This document shows, one piece after another, positions 58,264 through 64,000 of a stretch of DNA of 64,000 nucleotides; the stretch's first letter is position 1, and each line of letters opens with the position of its first letter. The stretch comes from Phyllobates terribilis (lineage: Eukaryota): positions 785,354,001 through 785,418,000 of the forward strand of contig NW_027362761.1 in the NCBI RefSeq assembly GCF_046119375.1, written 5' to 3'. The translations under genes were made by a program, and so were the position numbers. The notes beneath the pieces are model-generated. The model made no database searches. It was not told the DNA's origin and saw only the letters and a program-made list of their open reading frames with translations.

Positions 58264-58594
58264 CCATGCATGCACACAGACATGGAACAAAATCCTATTT
58301 TGTTCCAGATATCAGCTCAAACCTGTGGTTTAATCTTGTGGCAAGTTCTCAGTTCCCCTGGCCACACTACCTCAGAAGAAATGAAGCACTACTCGGTGTA
58401 CGTTGCAGTCGCTTGGCCATCTGTAATTTATGTAAATGCCAGGGCCAGCAATTAGCTAAACTGGACAATTTCTTTAAGATGGCCCTTCATTTTAATATGG
58501 AAAAAAAAAAGAAAAATTTCAGCCTACCATGCATATGCCATAAGGGTCCACTGGTGCATGGAAATCCTTGGTAGCAAGTCCAGGGATGAGAAGC

Positions 58595-58786
58595 AGTAGG
58601 AAGTAGTTTAGAAAAACTCCAGCACCTTCTCCGTATCCATCACAAGAAATGTAAAGTTAAAACATCCATTTTATTAGTTCCATTAATACATATGGCGCTT
58701 TTTTAATGGAACTAATAAAATAAACTTTACATTTCTTGTGATGGATGCGGAGAAGGTGCTGGATTTTTTCTAAACTACTTCCTACT
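58595..58786. repeat. 192-bp near-perfect hairpin, probably a Penelope pLTR-type palindrome
   Basis: Arms of about 85 bp with a 16-nt loop (58687-58702). Confidence 0.8.
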
Positions 58787-58861
58787 CCTTCATTTTAATA
58801 CCTTTCCCCATCCCTCAGTTACACTTGTTGGATGTATATCTTCTTTTATCCATACGAACTA

Positions 58862-60457
58862 CAGTTGTAATCATAATTATTCAACCCCGAGTGCAAATTA
58901 GGTTTATTAAAAAAATATACAAACCTTCTGCTGTTCACAATAAACCAATGAAATAAGAATACGTTCAATAGCTCAACACAAGTGGTTTCTCCAAATTTAT
59001 CCCAAAATGTCACTTTTACTGACTATTGCCGTCTCAGAAATATTAACTCCCTACATTACCAGTGTCTTAGTACTTTGTAAAGCCCCCTTTGGCTGTTATG
59101 ACCTGATGCAAACATGTTTAATATTATCCTTATGTTGTCAAGAAAGTGGTCCAAAAAGTTAAGAGATTATTACTGCACAAACAAGGAAAAAGATACAAAA
59201 AGAGACAAGGGCATTCAATGTTCCTAGAAATACATCTGGAGGCAGAATTTGCAAGTTCAAAGGTAAAGGAACACGGACTGCATTGTCTGGACGTTGCAGA
59301 AAGAGGCAGCTATCATCAGCTGTCACTAGATTCCCTTAGGAAGCAGGTGGTCAAAAACTGACGAGGGATGGCAAAAGACCTTCTGCAGCAGGCACTAAGG
59401 TTTCAGTTTGCTCAGTAAGGCCACAACCCCACTATCAGTATTTGGTCAGTATTTTTTCTCAGGAGTGGGAGCCAAAACCATGTGAGGAAAATCAGAGAAA
59501 AGGTATAATAGAAACCAGTCACCAATTCTGCATTTATCACCCACTCCTGGTTTGGGCTCCCACTCCTGAGAAGAAAATACTGACCGAAAACTGATAGTGG
59601 GGCCGTGGCCTAAGGCACATAACAAATGCTGAAGGTCTCCATGCTCTGACTCCATGACATACACCTCAACTGACCCAAAAATTCTGCTCCAATATGTTCA
59701 AACAATGCAATGAAACCACAGAAGTTTTCAGATTCTGTTCGGTGGAGTGATGTTAACAAAACTGGAACATTTCCGTGCTTTAGAACTACAATATGTCTGG
59801 AGGAGGAAGAATAAAGTGAATGCTGGTAAGAAAACCCTCTCTACAGTGAAATGTGGTGGCTCAAAGATACTTTGTGGCTATCTGCTTCTTCTGATATTAT
59901 AAACCTGCAGCATGTGGAGGACAAGATGGATTCAATCAAGTCTCTAGAAATCCTAGGTGAAAATAGCAGGCCGCTGTGAGGAAGATGCAACTTGGGTGTC
60001 ATCGGACATTCTAATAGGACAGTGATCAAAAGCTTACCTCAAAGTCCACCAAGGTTTGGTTACAGAAGAAGTCCTTGAAGATTCTTGAGTGGCCTTCACA
60101 GTCGCATGACTTAAACCCCAAACAAAGTGAACTGGAGGCTATTGCCCTTGAGGACTGAGCTAAGATTTCTCAGGAATGCTGCCAATATCTGGTATCAGAC
60201 TATGCAGCAGGTCATATCAAAGGTGCTCTACTAAGTACTAAAGACAAATGTCATGAAGGGGTGAATAATTCTTAGGCATCATTAGTCAGTAAAAGTGGCA
60301 TTTTAGCTGAATTTGGAGAAACCACTTGTTATATTAGTTGTGTTGAGCTATATTGCTTGTTCTTGTTCCATTGGTTTATTGTAAATGGCAGAAAGTGTGT
60401 ACATTTTGCTACTAAACCGAATTTGCGCTGGAAGTTTAATAATTTGGATTGCATCTG
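58862..60457 (+). mobile_element. Highly degraded Tc1 transposon
   Basis: TA|cagttgtaatcataattattcaacccc TIR. Relics WSD...[20 protein letters not shown]. Confidence 0.7.
59419..59610. mobile_element. Harbinger-type MITE with TAA TSD, nested in the Tc1
   Basis: taa|ggccacaaccccactatcag ... ctgatagtggggccgtggcc|taa. Confidence 0.8.
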
Positions 60458-61199
60458 GATGTATCTGTAAGATTCTTTTTTCAATGGATCACGCCATTTC
60501 AACAGGATTACCTGACAACATAATTTGAGCACCTTACACTCCTGAATGTTTTGTCCTAGAAATGTTTTGTTTTATATCAGATCAACTACGGAGATGTGGC
60601 ATTGATCTAATTAGTATTAAAATATGTCTGTTACCCCAAGTACAAGGTAGCCATAGGTGGCAGTGTCCTGTTCCTGCCTGATAGTGTAGATGGGCATTTT
60701 GTAAAATATCACAGTGAGCCGAAGTAAGCCCTCGTTCAGTGATTTTTCTCATATGCAGAAAATGGACATATGTTCATATTGCACCAAGCTTCGTGTTTTA
60801 TCGCTTCCGTGGTTACCTTGCTGCCCAAGATTTTCAATTTCAACTTGAAGTATGATTTTTCTTCCTACGGGCTCATGAGTCTGGTAGATTTTGATGTCTC
60901 CATTTTACCTTTTGATCATGCACATCAGATTGCTGTTGGATTAACAAGCTATTTCTCCCAAGCCCCTTCCTCCAAACGCTCATGTGTTCTCTAGATTCAA
61001 GTAATTTCCATAGACAAGCCAAACAATGGGTCTCCATAGAACAACTGAGCATAAATATTCCTTTAAAACGCCTTCCCTGGAGCACTCCAGAATCATTCTT
61101 GTGTGTTGTCTATGATTTGAAGTTCTCAGTTCTTCACTCAAGGTTTGGGATGCATTTATTAGGATGCCAATACTATCTATTCTAGACCCTGTAGTCCCC

Positions 61200-61960
61200 T
61201 TATTCCTTTATTTGGTAACCCAGATTTTCCTGCAGTCTTCGGAGAAATAAATTCCTGCTATGGAAGGCTTCAGAGGATTCTTTCATATATTATCAGGTGC
61301 TCCTCTTCCTTCCTTTAGTAACCTACAGGTTCGGGATAACTTTAGCTAGTCTCTCTAGGCTCAAATACTCACAATTGAAACCACTCTTTAATTCTCAAGT
61401 GGGATAGAGCTCATATCAGGATACCCCCACTTGCTTTGAGGCCCTGTTTCTTTTGGATCCCCCCCCACTCCCCTCACTCTCTCTGATTTACAACATCCTA
61501 AACCAAGAGGGTAACAGTGATGTCTTGGGCTTCACTGAGGCATGGGAGAGGGAACTAGATATGGAAATCTCATCACAGGAATGGCAAAAGACTTTCATGT
61601 TCTCTCATAAGATGTCTGTTGCGTGCAGAGAGCAAGAAAAACATTTCAATATACTCTCAAGGTGGTATCTATGTCCCTCAAAATTGCACAAGATCTTTGA
61701 TAATGTATCTGAGAATTGTTGGTGCAGCGGAATCGAAATTGGAACAATGTCCCACATTTGGTGGAGTTGCCCTAACATTCAGCCCTTCTGGGATAGAATT
61801 TTCCAGATCAGTAATTCCCTAAGTGGTCAGACAGTGGCCAAAAGTCTCACTGTCCCTGCTTTCCACAGAAAAATTTTTTTTTCTGCAACACTGCCTTACA
61901 GCTGCCAGAACTGTTATCCCATGCCATTGGCGGTCCACCACCACTCCCTCAGTTTTGGAA
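61200..61960 (+). mobile_element. L1-clade LINE ORF2 C-terminal fragment (zinc-knuckle region)
   Basis: WERELD...ILSRWYLCPSKLHKIF...CW.....GTMSHIWWSCPNIQPFW. Confidence 0.75.
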
Positions 61961-61987
61961 TGGCAGCAAGAAATTTCATCTATCTCA

Positions 61988-61993
<6 letters not shown>

Positions 61994-62024
<31 letters not shown>
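61994..62024. repeat. (CA)15 microsatellite
   Basis: Direct reading. Confidence 0.95.
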
Positions 62025-62026
<2 letters not shown>

Positions 62027-62034
62027 ATCACTGT

Positions 62035-62190
62035 CACCATTGGAACAATCTAGATTCCCTATCAGTATGTCTTTGGAGTGTGGGAGGAAACCAGAGAACC
62101 CGGAGGAAACCCACGCAAACACGGGTAGAACATACAAACTCCTTGTAGATGTTGTCCTCTGCAGGATCCTAGCACTGCAAGTGCAAACTG
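62035..62190 (-). mobile_element. V-SINE fragment (tRNA-derived head plus V domain)
   Basis: tgtgggaggaaaccagagaacccggaggaaacccacgcaaacacgggtagaacatacaaactcc core. Confidence 0.75.
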
Positions 62191-62632
62191 ATCCTCATCT
62201 CCTCCAACATCACCTGTCAGAGAGCCCCTATCAGCTTAAAAAAAATATGCACATTAATTGGTCATCAGGTCCCTCTACATTTAGTGGATTCTGATTTTTT
62301 TTCATTGTGTTTGCGGGGCCTTTATCAACTTGCAGTTGAAGCGATATTCCCAAGTTATTAAGTTACACCTGTCCAAGAGATCACTTACTGATCACTATGG
62401 GTTTGATTGCTAGGACCAATCGGGATCTCAAGATTCAGGCTATGGAACCCAATCCTAAATGGACTGAAGGTGTGCACACTCGATCTCCTCCCCATTCATC
62501 CCAAACCATCTGCTATGGATAGGGAATGACTTAATATTTTAGGACTAACTCTGTAACAGGAAAAAAGCTTGACAATCTCTCTCTCCCTCTCCCTATTTAC
62601 CCCTTAATTTTACAGTATGAATTTTGTACCTA

Positions 62633-62834
62633 CAGTTAGGTCCATATATATTTGGACAGAGACAACATTTTTCTAATTTTGGTTCTAGGCATTACCACAA
62701 TGAATTTTAAACAAAACAATTCAGATGCAGTTGAAGTTCAGACTTTCAGCTTTCATTTGAGGGTATCCACATTAAAATTGGATGAAGGGTTTAGGAGTTT
62801 GTTGTCTCTGTCCAAATATATATGGACCTAACTG
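62633..62834. mobile_element. 202-bp deletion derivative of the 34340-35982 Tc1
   Basis: About 168 bp of left TIR joined to the last ~35 bp of the right TIR, with TA on both sides. Confidence 0.9.
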
Positions 62835-63140
62835 TATGTAGCTTTTGTTTTTTATTTTGACTCCATTTGTAGGACAAATGAGTCAAAACACAAATCATGA
62901 AAATAGATAAATATCAACATACTGCCCTTTCTCATATGTATATTGTTCTGCTGGGGTGAGTCTATATTTCTAACTACAATGTTTTCACCCTTCCTGTGAA
63001 ATTTGTGCACCCACAATGCATTGTGGGAACATGCATAATAGATGCACCAGTGACAGTGTTAGCAGATTCTCCATGAAAATGCTCTGTTTCTAGACAAATG
63101 ACGTGAATGTGCTTTATAAAACCCTGTTTTGTCTTTTTAG

Positions 63141-63272
<132 letters not shown>

Positions 63273-63595
63273 TAACTTTCCAACTGTGAAATGTATATAA
63301 GGCCATACGTTTTAAAAAATCCATATTTTTTGTTATAAGGATTATCACTATTTTGAGAGCAAATTAATATTGTATTAGTCACCATAATAAAAACTTCAAT
63401 TTGTAAAAATAAACGGTTGTGATTATTTTTTTTTATTTGTTTTTTTAATACCGCTAATATATGGAGTTAAAATTAGTTTTTTTTTTTTTCTTGTTTCACT
63501 ATCCTTATTGCAACAAAATAAAACAATTGTCTGAATCTATTTAATTAAAAATGTCTTGCTGTTTTGTTGCTGCAGAGTTTGTACAACGCCTTTTT

Positions 63596-63903
63596 ATGGT
63601 ATGGAAAAGGAATGTAAGGGCTAATCTGCACTACCAGTATAGTAGAACGGAAGAGGAGAACAATATCCGGGAATGTGGTTTATTAGTCAACGCGTTTCAA
63701 AGTTCCAAACTTCTACATCAGGACAAACTACAGACTGATGTAGAAGTTTGGAACTTTGAAATAGTTTGTCCTGATGAAGAAGTTTGGAACTGCGAAACTT
63801 GTTGACTAATAAACCACATTCCTGGATATTGTTCTCCTCTGTCATTCTACTATTCCGGCAGTGCATGTTAACCCTTATGTTCCTTTTACCTTTTCCAAGC
63901 CAT
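63596..63903. mobile_element. Penelope-like inverted pLTR pair with hammerhead cores
   Basis: 63596-63731 is inverted to 63762-63903. Both arms carry a hammerhead core followed by AATAAA. Confidence 0.7.
63765..63809 (+). ncRNA. Type I hammerhead ribozyme motif (stem III damaged)
   Basis: UUUGUC-CUGAUGA-A-GAAGUU/UGG/AACUGC-GAAA-CUUGU-U-GACUAA. Stems I and II pair. Confidence 0.6.
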
Positions 63904-64000
63904 GGGTCTGCAGCAGCATTAGGTCTATAGCACGTGACTACTGCAACCAATCCCTCACTCAGTTGTCTCATGCTGTCTACCTTGTCATAAGCAGCGGAAA

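Noticed and set aside
62150-62190. tRNA-like sequence
   Set aside because: It is only the decayed tRNA-derived head of a V-SINE, with no cloverleaf.

Overview
Vertebrate genomic DNA. The transposon repertoire (T2/Kolobok-type TTAA MITEs, DIRS, 2A-bearing L2, V-SINE) suggests a frog, which is an inference. The window holds the conserved HNRNPD - HNRNPDL - ENOPH1 gene block. (1) The 5' end of HNRNPD is on the minus strand: exon 1 CDS 11715-11594 and the 169-nt RRM1 exon 5584-5416, with the rest of the gene beyond position 1. (2) HNRNPDL is complete on the minus strand: 7 coding exons, 305 aa, plus a 104-nt 3'UTR NMD cassette exon and a terminal exon. (3) ENOPH1 exons 1-2 are on the plus strand, head-to-head with HNRNPDL across a 500-bp promoter. 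Most of the remainder is nested mobile DNA: three DIRS retrotransposons (one structurally complete with ITRs and ICR), two L2 LINEs (one with a 2A-like StopGo motif), an L1 fragment, a V-SINE, several Tc1 DD34E elements, a DD41D (rosa/Visitor-type) mariner, many MITEs, a 4-kb palindrome-of-palindromes, and Penelope-like inverted repeats carrying hammerhead-ribozyme cores. There are no CRISPR arrays, rRNA or true tRNA genes. Comparisons with human sequences are from memory and need alignment to confirm.
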